Origin: Candidatus Gastranaerophilales bacterium
Lineage (GTDB): Bacteria > Cyanobacteriota > Vampirovibrionia > Gastranaerophilales > Gastranaerophilaceae
Assembly: GCA_017461425.1 (NCBI GenBank)
Contig: JAFTXY010000010.1
Location: 1 to 49,709, forward strand
Reading direction: 5' to 3'
DNA: 49,709 bases
Positions 1 through 8,625 of the stretch are shown piece after piece. A model generated the notes under the pieces. That model was not told the DNA's origin and did no database searches. It saw only the letters and a program-made list of their open reading frames with translations. Each line of letters starts with the position of its first letter. Positions within the stretch are counted from its first letter, which is position 1. A program made the translations under genes and the position numbers.

Positions 1-113
1 GCTTCACTCTTGGGGTACGATTTCGCACTCGGCACCAGCTCACCGCGGCTGCCGTCGTGCTCATACACCTATGCGCTCGTTTGCTCGTTAAGCCAAGTCT
101 GGCTAAACTCGCT
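1..113. repeat. GC-rich repeat element, left copy, truncated by the window edge. Related in inverted orientation to 5913-6120; contains the hairpin agccaagtctggct.
   Basis: About 55% GC against ~28% in the flanks. The 17-mer aagccaagtctggctaa plus flanks aligns to the reverse complement of 5958-6030 and 6068-6111. Confidence 0.5.
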
Positions 114-665
114 TCACTCACGTGTTCCATACAGGATTTGTGCTGGAGTTAATTCTTCCTGAACAGGTTTTCCGTTATAGCTTAAATTATCTTCTTGAGC
201 TAAATCTCCGATTTTGTAAAACATTTTAATTAGCTCAGGGTGATAAATTAAACCTAATTCAGAAAAAATCTCTTTTAATTTAGGTGAAGCAAATTGACTA
301 TAAGCATCACTAGCAACAGTCATATATTCTCTCAATTTGATAGAACTATTACTTGGAATTTCATTATCTTCTTTAAATAATTGGTTGTATTTAGCTAAAT
401 TGTTTTCAAGCTTTGTTTCTTCGTCTTTATCATACATACTTTTTTGTTTTCTAGACATTTCCAAAGCAATATCTAATAGCATTTCAACTGATTCTTGTGA
501 AAGATTTAATTTTTTAGCAATAGGCAAAAACTTAGCCTTTAATTCTTCATCCAAAGTAAAATCTTCTAAATTAGAGAACCTAGAGTAATCGTATTCATTT
601 GGCATACCAAATAATTTTTCGTTTTTTGTATCTTTTAAATATATATTTTGTAATTGTTCTTGCAT
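114..665 (-). CDS. Hypothetical alpha-helical protein, possibly a phage scaffold/head-assembly protein (183 aa).
   Basis: Long ORF in a phage packaging-gene context, charged and helical composition. No diagnostic motif. Confidence 0.45.
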   Translation of the reverse strand: MQEQLQNIYLKDTKNEKLFGMPNEYDYSRFSNLEDFTLDEELKAKFLPIAKKLNLSQESVEMLLDIALEMSRKQKSMYDKDEETKLENNLAKYNQLFKEDNEIPSNSSIKLREYMTVASDAYSQFASPKLKEIFSELGLIYHPELIKMFYKIGDLAQEDNLSYNGKPVQEELTPAQILYGTRE

Positions 666-713
666 AAATATCCTTTCTATGTGTTATAATTTTATTGTTA
701 TGGAGGAGTATTA

Positions 714-1148
714 ATGAAAAAGATTTTATTTTTAAGTGCATTATTAGGATTAATATTTATAAGTTCTCAAGCAGATGCAAATCAAATGAAATTTTATGAA
801 GCAATTAAGACATGTGAGACATTTGAACAACTTGGCGCAATTCCATATAAATCACAAATTTTCGACATAAAAGTCAATATCGAAAAAAAGCGTAACAAAT
901 GCGTATACACAGAAAAAATTTTCCAAGGAAAAGACTATCATTTACTTACTTGCAACTTTAAAATGGAAGATTTGGACTACATTTCAAATTCTATGAAAAG
1001 ATTCACAGAATCTTATCCAAAACAAATGGAAAAGAATAGAATTTTTGAAGCCAAAATGACAACTAATGCAGAAATTTACAACAACTACATTGCTGACCCT
1101 AAATATTGCACAATAACTAACTCGCTTAAGAAACAACAAGCTTTTTAA
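714..1148 (+). CDS. Secreted hypothetical protein with N-terminal signal peptide (144 aa).
   Basis: GGAGG RBS 6 nt upstream of the ATG. N-terminus MKKILFLSALLGLIFISSQADA is a typical Sec signal. Confidence 0.55.
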   Translation: MKKILFLSALLGLIFISSQADANQMKFYEAIKTCETFEQLGAIPYKSQIFDIKVNIEKKRNKCVYTEKIFQGKDYHLLTCNFKMEDLDYISNSMKRFTESYPKQMEKNRIFEAKMTTNAEIYNNYIADPKYCTITNSLKKQQAF

Positions 1149-2040
1149 AATAATCTAAATTCTTTTTAATATCATTAAGAAAAATTTCCATTCTTCTTTT
1201 TACAAGAATGGTTTTTTCTTTTTCGTCAATTTTTTTATTTACAGAATAAAAATAATTAAAATCATCCTCAAGCTGCAAAATAAAATCGTATCTTTGTTTA
1301 TCATCAAATTTTTGTAATAAAATTGCTGAATTTACAAGCTTTAATTCATCAATTAATGATGTTTTTCTAAAAGTTGTTAAAAGGGACTTATATCGAGTTA
1401 AAATATTGATATCTTTTAAATCTAATTTATTTTTATATGCCGATAAATCAAGTTTATTAAACTCGTCAAGATCATCTAATATCAAATTTCGCAATTTTAG
1501 AAATAATTTATAATCTTTTTTGGGTGTAGCATTGTTTAAATAATCGGAATCTTGCTTACTGATTGCAGATTTAAAATCTTCTTCAAACTTTAATATTAAA
1601 GCCTTGAATTGAAGTTCATTATATTTTTTTATTTTCGATATCCAATTAATTGCTTCTTGTGCTTTATTATAAATTTCGAATAATTTTTCATCATTATCCT
1701 TTGAAATCGAAGCCAAAATCAAAGAATTTTGAATAAAATTTTGATAAACATCCATTGCCCAAAATTCAAATTGAATTTTATAATGTTTATTTAATTCATC
1801 AACAAAAAATTCTTTTTTTGATTGGATTACAGAATCAATATTATGAAAATCAATATCTTTTTTTAAATTTAAAACTTCATTATCAAATTTTTCAATAAAT
1901 TTTTCATAATTATCAATAGCATTTTTTGATTCTAACTGAATAAAGCCGTCATCAGAAAACAATAAATTACGAACTAATAAATCCAATTTATTAATAAAAT
2001 CAATATAACGAGCGCTCAATATAACATTTTTATCAAACAT
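1126..2040 (-). CDS. Hypothetical protein, possible phage head morphogenesis/minor capsid protein (304 aa).
   Basis: Sits immediately downstream of the putative portal gene on the same strand. No motif recognised. Confidence 0.4.
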   Translation of the reverse strand: MFDKNVILSARYIDFINKLDLLVRNLLFSDDGFIQLESKNAIDNYEKFIEKFDNEVLNLKKDIDFHNIDSVIQSKKEFFVDELNKHYKIQFEFWAMDVYQNFIQNSLILASISKDNDEKLFEIYNKAQEAINWISKIKKYNELQFKALILKFEEDFKSAISKQDSDYLNNATPKKDYKLFLKLRNLILDDLDEFNKLDLSAYKNKLDLKDINILTRYKSLLTTFRKTSLIDELKLVNSAILLQKFDDKQRYDFILQLEDDFNYFYSVNKKIDEKEKTILVKRRMEIFLNDIKKNLDYFKKLVVS

Positions 2041-2049
2041 TACTACCTC

Positions 2050-3684
2050 CTAAATTATTCCAAAACGAGATAATAACTCAGAACCATAAGAATCAACCCC
2101 GCCCATATTTTGGATAATTTGAGTACCTTGAGATAATACATCAAGCTGTTGTTTTTGAAGCATACTATTAGAATTTTGCTCACGAATTTTTTCTAATTCA
2201 AATGATGAAACTAATTGCGTTGGGCTAATATTTGCAAAAGTTGCATAATCTTCGATTATTTTTTCACCATTTAATTTAGATTTCAAAACAGGGTCAATAG
2301 CATTTGCGATATTAGAAACAAAAGTTGTAAATCTTTCAATACTAGAAATATTAGCGACTTTTTGAGCTTGAGCCAAACTAGATACAAATTCTATTTTAAG
2401 ATTATTGTTTTTATATTCTTCTTTTAAAGGTTGCAGTATGCCAACACGAAGTTCTTCATCATAAATCCAATCCAAAATTTGTCTTAAAGCAGTATGAATT
2501 TGTTCTAATAATGGAGATAATAAGACCATTTTTTCTTCTTTTAATTCATTGACCTCGGTTGCCGTTCTGCCACGTTGTGCGGTTGATAAAATCATTGCAA
2601 ATAAATCATTATAAAAGTGTTCTTTAATTGCTTGTTTTAATTCATCTTTTTCTTGCTTTAATTCCAAAACTCTTGGGTTTACTTCATAAACAGGAGTAAT
2701 ACCTCTTCCGTTTTCATCTTCTTCAATATAGGCACCTGGAACATCTGCAAGTTTTTTATTTTTTAAACTTGCAGGACCCTTGTATGTAGGACAAACAATT
2801 TTTTTAACAGCTTTTGCATATTCTTTAACCATGGTCATTAATTGCTTAACATCCGCCAAGGCATTAATTCCAGGAGATTCTTGAGGATAATCAATGTCGG
2901 ATGAATAACCAGATTCAAAAACAACATATGGGAATTTTGAAAAACCTTTTATTGATAGGAATTCATTTTTTCCGGATAAAATTACAACTGAAATAAATTT
3001 TGAAAATTTTGAATTCAATCTTTTAGACTTATAAAATTTATTAGGTTCTATAAAATGAATTAATTCGTATTGTTTCAATGGGTTTTTAATTGCGACTTGC
3101 TGAATTTCAATAGGGCAATTTGAACCGAATTTTTCAACAATATTTTTTGCTGTTTCCATATAAACTCGACAAAATGTATCAATTTTACCTTTTGAATTTT
3201 TAGCATAAAAATATGAACCAATAGGAAGAACCTTAAAATTAACAACATTGTCATAATCTGACTCTAAGCTCATGCATCCAAATCCAAAAATACCAATTTG
3301 TTTATATATTTCAGGCAAGCATTGATAAAAATTTGAACTATACAAAATTTGTCTTGTTAGCTCTTCTTGTTTAGAGCACCATTTTTTCAAATAAAAATCA
3401 TTATTTAAATCTATATTTGGAAGCTGAGTTTTAAACCAACGATTTGTAGGGCTTGTAGCACCTGACATCATTCCTGATGAAAAATTTCTAAGTGCGATTA
3501 ATGGCGTTGAATCAATTATTTTTCTATTTTTTACAATTGGTTTTCTTGAGTTCCTTGCAATAAATTGAACACTTCTTGGAGAAAAATAATCAGCAAGCTC
3601 TTGCAAGTCAGGCTTTATAATGTTAAAAACATCCTCCATTTCTTTTTTTCGTCTTAAGAAATAATCGACTTCGTAAAATATCAT
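2050..3684 (-). CDS. Putative phage portal protein (544 aa).
   Basis: Size and position directly downstream of the large terminase gene on the same strand. Inferred from gene order, not from a motif. Confidence 0.45.
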   Translation of the reverse strand: MIFYEVDYFLRRKKEMEDVFNIIKPDLQELADYFSPRSVQFIARNSRKPIVKNRKIIDSTPLIALRNFSSGMMSGATSPTNRWFKTQLPNIDLNNDFYLKKWCSKQEELTRQILYSSNFYQCLPEIYKQIGIFGFGCMSLESDYDNVVNFKVLPIGSYFYAKNSKGKIDTFCRVYMETAKNIVEKFGSNCPIEIQQVAIKNPLKQYELIHFIEPNKFYKSKRLNSKFSKFISVVILSGKNEFLSIKGFSKFPYVVFESGYSSDIDYPQESPGINALADVKQLMTMVKEYAKAVKKIVCPTYKGPASLKNKKLADVPGAYIEEDENGRGITPVYEVNPRVLELKQEKDELKQAIKEHFYNDLFAMILSTAQRGRTATEVNELKEEKMVLLSPLLEQIHTALRQILDWIYDEELRVGILQPLKEEYKNNNLKIEFVSSLAQAQKVANISSIERFTTFVSNIANAIDPVLKSKLNGEKIIEDYATFANISPTQLVSSFELEKIREQNSNSMLQKQQLDVLSQGTQIIQNMGGVDSYGSELLSRFGII

Positions 3685-3687
3685 TAG

Positions 3688-3894
3688 TTATTCTCCTAAT
3701 AAAGTTTTTTTCTTATTGACAGAAGTATCTTCTAATCCCAACATAGAAGTTTTAATATTTTGTTTATAAGCAGATAGTTCTTTGTTATTTTGAGAATTTT
3801 TTGTAATATCCGCATCTGCTTCATGGATTTTTACAATATCCTCTTGAATAGTTTCTTTTGGAATTTTTGGTGTTGATGTTTTAACAAAACACAT
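3688..3894 (-). CDS. Small hypothetical protein (68 aa) between the terminase and portal genes.
   Basis: ORF tightly packed between two phage genes (gaps 3 and 19 nt). Confidence 0.3.
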   Translation of the reverse strand: MCFVKTSTPKIPKETIQEDIVKIHEADADITKNSQNNKELSAYKQNIKTSMLGLEDTSVNKKKTLLGE

Positions 3895-3913
3895 ACATTT
3901 CTCCTTTCATTAA

Positions 3914-5236
3914 TTAATCAAATGGTTCAAATTCACTCTCTACTATCGAATCAACCTGAAATGAATTTTGAATTAAGATATTAGAACAATAATTAATTGC
4001 ATAAAGCGCCATCATGGCACAGTCAGCGAAATCAGGGCTTTCATTTTGCTCTTTTCTTAATTCTTTTTTATCTTGAATTGCAATTAAACCATTGGGTTTA
4101 TAAGTCTTTTTTAAATATTCAAGCTGTCTTATTGAATTTTTATCTGTTAATTTTAAATAACCTTTTTCAAGATAATCTCTTAACGCTAAATACCCATCTG
4201 CTCTTGCATTTATTGCAAATTTTGAACAAGCTTTTTTTGCGCCACGAAACCCAATTGTTGAATTAATTATTTTTTGAATACTAATCCAAATTGGATAACC
4301 TAAGCCATCAGCATCCATAATAAGAATTTTGGGTTGCCATTTTGAATATAAAGATATTATTTTACCTTGAGTGACATCAGTATCAGATTCAGACCAACTA
4401 ATTGTTTCTTTTTCAAGCCAAGTAGTACTATTTTGTTGAACAAATAATTTAGCGACACATAAATCAGCACCAGATGCCGACAAATCTACACTCATAACCG
4501 AATTAACAAAATAAGAAGAGTCAACTTCAATTTTTAGATTAACTGAATTATCAAGAATTTCTGATGTAATTAAATATTCATTATTGTTCATTAAAGGATA
4601 TCCAAGCCAAATATGATTATAATCTGATATATTGGTATTTTTGGAAATTTCAGCTTCTTTAATAATTTTTTCATCTACAAAAGGATTATCAAAATAACAT
4701 ATATTAATGTGCAAACAATCTTTTCTTTTTGCGCAAAAATTATAAACAGAATCAAATCTTGTATATCTGTTCATTGTGAAGATTATTACAGAATTCTTTT
4801 TTCTAATTGTTGGAATTATGACATCTAAAGTAGGTTTTGTAATCGATTGAGCTTCATCAATCCAAAGAATATCAATACCTTCCAAACCTTTAATATTAAC
4901 TTTTCCTTGTTCCCTAAAACCTTTGAAAAAGATTTTAGAACCAGTATTTTTATTTGTTAAGCTATCATTTTTTATTTCAAAATCAAGATTGTATTGATTA
5001 ATTAAATCAATAAAAACGGTTTTAACAGATTCGTTAATAGAATTTTGAATCTCTCTACCGCAACATATTCTGACTCGACGATTTTCGCAAATATACAAAA
5101 GAAAACGGGCAGTGCTTTGTGTTTTTCCAGAAGCCCTGCCTCCTTCGAAGAGAAAATAAGAATAATGGTTGAAATGAAAAATAAAGGGATAGAGTTTAGG
5201 AGGGATGTTTAAAATTTCTGGCAAAACATAATTCAT
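3914..5236 (-). CDS. terL: Phage terminase large subunit (PBSX/Terminase_6-like ATPase + nuclease), 440 aa.
   Basis: Walker A FEGGRASGKTQS near the N-terminus, Walker B-like ILWIDEAQ. Size and C-terminal acidic nuclease-like region are typical. Confidence 0.8.
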   Translation of the reverse strand: MNYVLPEILNIPPKLYPFIFHFNHYSYFLFEGGRASGKTQSTARFLLYICENRRVRICCGREIQNSINESVKTVFIDLINQYNLDFEIKNDSLTNKNTGSKIFFKGFREQGKVNIKGLEGIDILWIDEAQSITKPTLDVIIPTIRKKNSVIIFTMNRYTRFDSVYNFCAKRKDCLHINICYFDNPFVDEKIIKEAEISKNTNISDYNHIWLGYPLMNNNEYLITSEILDNSVNLKIEVDSSYFVNSVMSVDLSASGADLCVAKLFVQQNSTTWLEKETISWSESDTDVTQGKIISLYSKWQPKILIMDADGLGYPIWISIQKIINSTIGFRGAKKACSKFAINARADGYLALRDYLEKGYLKLTDKNSIRQLEYLKKTYKPNGLIAIQDKKELRKEQNESPDFADCAMMALYAINYCSNILIQNSFQVDSIVESEFEPFD

Positions 5237-5239
5237 TAT

Positions 5240-5536
5240 TTATTCAAAATCTTCTCCTATGTTAAGTTTTAATTGTTTGCCATCCAAAGTTATTTGATTC
5301 ATTTGAACTTTGTTTAATGTTTTGATTTCTTTATTTGAGTACAAGCCTGCAATTTTTGCTTTATTTTCAATAGCTCTTAAAGCTGCAGAAATATTAGGAT
5401 TTCCGTTTTTATCAATACAATTTAGAGCAATTTCTTTGAGTTCATCAAACTCCCTTAGAGCATCTTCTTGCGTATATTTATTTTCATTTAAGGAAAAGTT
5501 GCTATATTTAATCAGTGAATTATTTTTATCACTCAT
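5240..5536 (-). CDS. Putative terminase small subunit (98 aa).
   Basis: Immediately upstream of terL with overlapping/adjacent stop-start. AALRAIENKAKIAGLYS resembles Terminase_2 small-subunit sequences. Confidence 0.4.
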   Translation of the reverse strand: MSDKNNSLIKYSNFSLNENKYTQEDALREFDELKEIALNCIDKNGNPNISAALRAIENKAKIAGLYSNKEIKTLNKVQMNQITLDGKQLKLNIGEDFE

Positions 5537-5912
5537 TTTCTATTTTTTTAATCAAAACTTTATTTCCGTAAAAATCGCAAGCATACTGTTCTATTGCAAT
5601 AATTTTTCCATTTTTTTTAATTTCTATATTTTTCCCATATTTAAAACCAGATGGCGCTTTATATTTGTTTTTATAGCCCAAAAGTGTTGATGCTACTTCC
5701 TTTTTAAATTTTTCCTTTATCTTAACAGCACCGCCAGAATAAAAATATTGTTCATAAAAATTTTTATGTTCATTATCGCAATAGAAATATAATGCCATTT
5801 TTTTATTACAAATTGGGCAATTGGCAATATATAATCTTCTATTAACTTGTGATTCTTTGTCAATCAAAAACCAAATATCTTCAGCTTGAAATACACTATT
5901 ACAATGACGCAT
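5529..5912 (-). CDS. Hypothetical Cys-rich (zinc-finger-like) protein (127 aa), first gene of the packaging operon.
   Basis: CPICNK...C..EH pattern. The start abuts the GC-rich repeat. Confidence 0.4.
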   Translation of the reverse strand: MRHCNSVFQAEDIWFLIDKESQVNRRLYIANCPICNKKMALYFYCDNEHKNFYEQYFYSGGAVKIKEKFKKEVASTLLGYKNKYKAPSGFKYGKNIEIKKNGKIIAIEQYACDFYGNKVLIKKIENE

Positions 5913-6120
5913 AGATACACTTATCCTATATTATTTCGTCAGCCTCGTTTCTCAACCTCAATCAAGTGAGCTTAGCCAGACGTGGCTTAGCGAGCGCAGA
6001 TTGAGGCAAAGGTGTGTGAGCAATGGTACAGCAAGCGATGAGCTTGGTGGACTATTGCAAAACCGTACCTCAATCAAGTGAGCTTAGCCAGACTTGGCTT
6101 TCACTTGGGTGATACAAATT
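5913..6120. repeat. GC-rich repeat region holding two related hairpin-containing units (5958-6008 and 6068-6111), inverted relative to 1-113.
   Basis: cctcaatcaagtgagcttagccagac(g/t)tggct occurs twice. Internal stems agcca-N4-tggct and cctcaatc...gattgagg. Reverse complement aligns to 40-113. Confidence 0.5.
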
Positions 6121-6222
6121 TGAATTGTCCGAAAATTACTTTTTTAGATTAACATATGTTTTTTAAAAAAGCTCGTTTTTTAGCCAAATCTTGTAAGACC
6201 TTACAAAAATATAGTATTTTTG

Positions 6223-6251
6223 TTGCTATTTTTTTATTTTTATTTTATAAT
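6223..6251 (+). promoter_or_regulatory. Candidate sigma70-type promoter for tRNA-His (-35 ttgcta, 17-nt spacer, -10 tataat).
   Basis: Hexamers read directly at 6223-6228 and 6246-6251, ~28 nt upstream of the tRNA 5' end. Confidence 0.35.
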
Positions 6252-6279
6252 AACAAGGCGCAAGCTGTAAGCAAATTAT

Positions 6280-6356
6280 GGCGCCTGTCGTCAAGTGGTC
6301 AAGACCTCGGATTGTGGTTCCGATATGCATGGGTTCGAATCCCATCAGGCGCCCCA
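6280..6356 (+). tRNA. tRNA-His (anticodon GTG) with encoded G-1 and 3' CCA.
   Basis: Cloverleaf folds by hand: acceptor GCGCCTG/CAGGCGC, G-1 paired to C73, anticodon arm TCGGA-TTGTGGT-TCCGA, T-arm ATGGG-TTCGAAT-CCCAT. The 3' half nearly matches E. coli tRNA-His. Confidence 0.92.
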
Positions 6357-6473
6357 TATATCAAAATCAACTCCCCTATTGGGAGTTTTTTTGTTGGTCG
6401 CCCTCGGGAGCAATCGCTCCGCTTTTGCCCTCTTGAAAAATGCTCAATGGTTCGCATTTTTCTGCGGCAGAGT
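6343..6473 (+). repeat. att-like repeat copy A (native attB side): tRNA-His 3' end (14 nt) + 74-nt downstream segment D + 43-nt segment S.
   Basis: Direct comparison with the copies at 6474-6561, 15429-15564 and 17946-18035. Confidence 0.8.
6369..6392 (+). terminator. Intrinsic terminator of tRNA-His (ctccc-ctatt-gggag + T7). It is part of the repeated att unit.
   Basis: GC stem with U-run directly after the tRNA. The same hairpin recurs at 6500-6523, 15446-15468 and 17988-18010. Confidence 0.7.
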
Positions 6474-6561
6474 CATCAGGCGCCCCATATATCAAAATCA
6501 ACTCCCCTATTGGGAGTTTTTTTGTTGGTCGCCCTCAGGAACAATCGCTCCGCTTTTGCCC
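6474..6561 (+). repeat. att-like repeat copy B: duplicated tRNA-His 3' end (catcaggcgcccca) + segment D' with SNPs (ctcaggaacaatcgc).
   Basis: About 97% identical to 6343-6430. Diverges into unique DNA at 6562. Confidence 0.8.
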
Positions 6562-6589
6562 TTATACATTGTCTTGCAGGTTGAGAATT

Positions 6590-6657
6590 TCCGACTTCAA
6601 AACGAGAATTTAACTCTCGAAATGAGAATTTTGGACAACTAGTTTTGAAATGTCGGA
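6590..6657. promoter_or_regulatory. Imperfect inverted repeat (tccgacttcaaaac ... gttttgaaatgtcgga) with three gagaattt direct repeats. Candidate recombinase-binding (res/att-like) site next to the resolvase gene.
   Basis: Arms at 6590-6603 and 6642-6657 are reverse complements with a 2-nt indel. Lies between the att copy and the serine recombinase gene. Confidence 0.3.
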
Positions 6658-6680
6658 CAGTTATTTTTGAAAACCTTTTT

Positions 6681-6694
6681 AGGAATAATTATTC
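6681..6694. promoter_or_regulatory. Perfect 14-bp palindrome ggaataattattcc upstream of the resolvase gene. Candidate operator/recombinase site.
   Basis: Perfect dyad symmetry. Shares the aataattatt core with the palindrome at 15587-15610. Confidence 0.3.
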
Positions 6695-6813
6695 CAATAA
6701 ATTTTCTCAAATTGGTTCCTATATTTTGGAGGAGTTCCTACAAAGAAAACATCTGTTAACAATAGTATGAATTTATACAAGAATAAGCAAAAATAAAGGT
6801 TTTTATCGAAACT

Positions 6814-7410
6814 ATGGCAACAAAAGCGTTTTAAAGAGTATCGACAGTACTTCAAGATACTGAAAAGAATAAGATTGATATACTACAATTTGCAAACAGC
6901 AAAAAACTAGGCAATGTAGAATTTATCGAAGAACATTGTTCCGGTCGAATAAGCTACAAAGATAGAAAATTAGGGAAACTACTGGAGTCTATGTATAAAG
7001 GTGATATTTTGATAGTACCAGAGCTTTCAAGGATTGCTCGCTCTGTTACACAAATACTTGAAGTAATAAAGATTACTAAAGATAAGGGTATTACACTTTA
7101 TTCACTAAAGGAAAACTTCTCTAATGAAGAGGACTCAATTTCTGCCACTGTAACAAGTACGATTTTTGCTCTTGTTGCTCAAATTGAAAGAGAATTAATA
7201 AGCTTGCGTACTCGTGAAGCTTTGCAAGCTCGTAAAGCTCAAGGAGTAAAACTCGGTAGACCCCAAGGCAAAGGTAAATCAAAGCTTGATGCCCACAAAG
7301 ACGATATAATAAAGATGTTATCTTTTGGAGTCCCAAAGACTCTTATAGCTAGGCAGTACAATACATCTGTAGGGAATTTATATAATTTTCTTGAAAAATC
7401 AAAATCCTAA
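6814..7410 (+). pseudogene. Small serine recombinase (resolvase/invertase family) disrupted by an in-frame TAA at codon 7 (6832-6834), just before the catalytic RVST serine motif.
   Basis: Reading frame MATKAF*RVSTVLQDTEKNKIDILQF...EEHCSGRISYKDRKLGKLLESMYKGDILIVPELSRIARS... continues into ORF 6991..7410, which carries the resolvase C-terminal HTH (PKTLIARQYNTSVGNLYNFL). Re-initiation at M57 would lack the catalytic serine. Confidence 0.75.
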
Positions 7411-7432
7411 AGACCTATGAAGTTAGGTCTTC
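7409..7432. terminator. Bidirectional hairpin (agaccta-tgaagt-taggtct) between the convergent resolvase and nuclease genes.
   Basis: 7-bp perfect stem located between two converging stop codons. Confidence 0.4.
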
Positions 7433-7446
7433 ATGGAGAATGTAAT

Positions 7447-8625
7447 TTAAAAAGAAACAGGACAAGGATTTACTATGTAGCAAGCTCTTTCATATAATTC
7501 ATCATAGGTTATGATTTCTACATTTCTACAATCACGTCTGTATCGCTCAAAAGTATTCGACTTAATCTTATCATTTATATTACCATTAGGATTTGGAATT
7601 TCTTTGCTATAATTACCAATGATAAAAACAACTTTAGAGTCTTGTACGTCGGCTTGTATTATTCTACCATCACTAGTAACAAATTCTTTTGAAGAATAGT
7701 TTTCAATTAAATCCTGTTTTTGAGCTAAACATTGACTAATCCCATCTATAAAATCAGAACTGAAAGACCATGTATTTGTTCTTGCAGTGCTTCTTCTAGC
7801 ATTAGTAAATATTGGAGTAGTATGCTTTTTTAACTCTACTAGAGTAGTATATTTATCGATGCAAACAAAATCACTTATAGGAGAGCCATGTCCACTTGTA
7901 TCAGGAGTTCCAATGTTAGCTTGAGGAATAATATCTCTTTGAAAAAATAATCTTAATGATATACCTGCAAATATCCAAGTATTAGTTTCAAAAAAAGCTT
8001 GCCAATCGTCTTCTGAAGTGTCGTCATCTTCGAGCAATGCTTTGAATGTTTCTAAAGATTTTTCTTTTGAAGTATCTAACAATCTTTCTAATTGTTGATA
8101 TGACAAATCTTTATCTTGTATAAATTCTTGTATTGTTTGTAGTTGTTCATCCACCTCGAAGCTATTAAACGTATCAATTAATTGGTCTTTACTAATAACT
8201 TTGTACTTGTTTTCAAACTCTCCCAGTTCAATTAAGTCATTAAATCCTTGAATAAAAGAAATCATTTCCCAAAATTTTGAAGCAATATCCCCCTCTTTAA
8301 GTGATATATTTACCTTTTCTTTTGAACCATCTTGGACTTGAGAGGTTACGTCTGCTTTTAGCTTATAAAAAGTAGGACGAGCAATAAATTTATTAGACTC
8401 TCTATTCTTATAAAAAGTCCAACTGCAAAAAGTATTGACTCTAGGATTGTTTGAGAGTTTAAACTCGGTAACAATAGACATTTTATCGTCTCTTTTGTTA
8501 ATATAACAGTGGTTACCGTCATTCGCCAAGCTTATCTCAATATCTCCCCAACTATCGCTATTTGTATCAAAGGATATTTTTTCAAAACCAGTAACAATAT
8601 CTTCCCAATTAATTAGCATTAACAT
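7447..8625 (-). CDS. DUF4263/Shedu-like putative PD-(D/E)xK nuclease, last gene of the defence operon (~392 aa).
   Basis: C-terminal motif GSPISDFVCIDKYTTLVELKK fits PD...ExK. The track start at 8634 is a TTG. An ATG at 8625 with a GAGG RBS is the more likely start, overlapping the upstream gene by 17 nt. Confidence 0.45.
   Translation of the reverse strand: MLMLINWEDIVTGFEKISFDTNSDSWGDIEISLANDGNHCYINKRDDKMSIVTEFKLSNNPRVNTFCSWTFYKNRESNKFIARPTFYKLKADVTSQVQDGSKEKVNISLKEGDIASKFWEMISFIQGFNDLIELGEFENKYKVISKDQLIDTFNSFEVDEQLQTIQEFIQDKDLSYQQLERLLDTSKEKSLETFKALLEDDDTSEDDWQAFFETNTWIFAGISLRLFFQRDIIPQANIGTPDTSGHGSPISDFVCIDKYTTLVELKKHTTPIFTNARRSTARTNTWSFSSDFIDGISQCLAQKQDLIENYSSKEFVTSDGRIIQADVQDSKVVFIIGNYSKEIPNPNGNINDKIKSNTFERYRRDCRNVEIITYDELYERACYIVNPCPVSF

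Noticed and set aside
1-6120. GC-rich segments considered as rRNA, RNase P, SRP or tmRNA fragments
   Set aside because: None of the conserved signature strings of those RNAs is present. Internal inverted-repeat structure and the two-copy inverted arrangement fit repeat or terminal elements better.
6156-6642. Track ORFs 6156..6584 and 6295..6642 (+)
   Set aside because: They run through the tRNA-His gene and the att repeat copies. Composition and overlaps show they are non-coding read-through frames.
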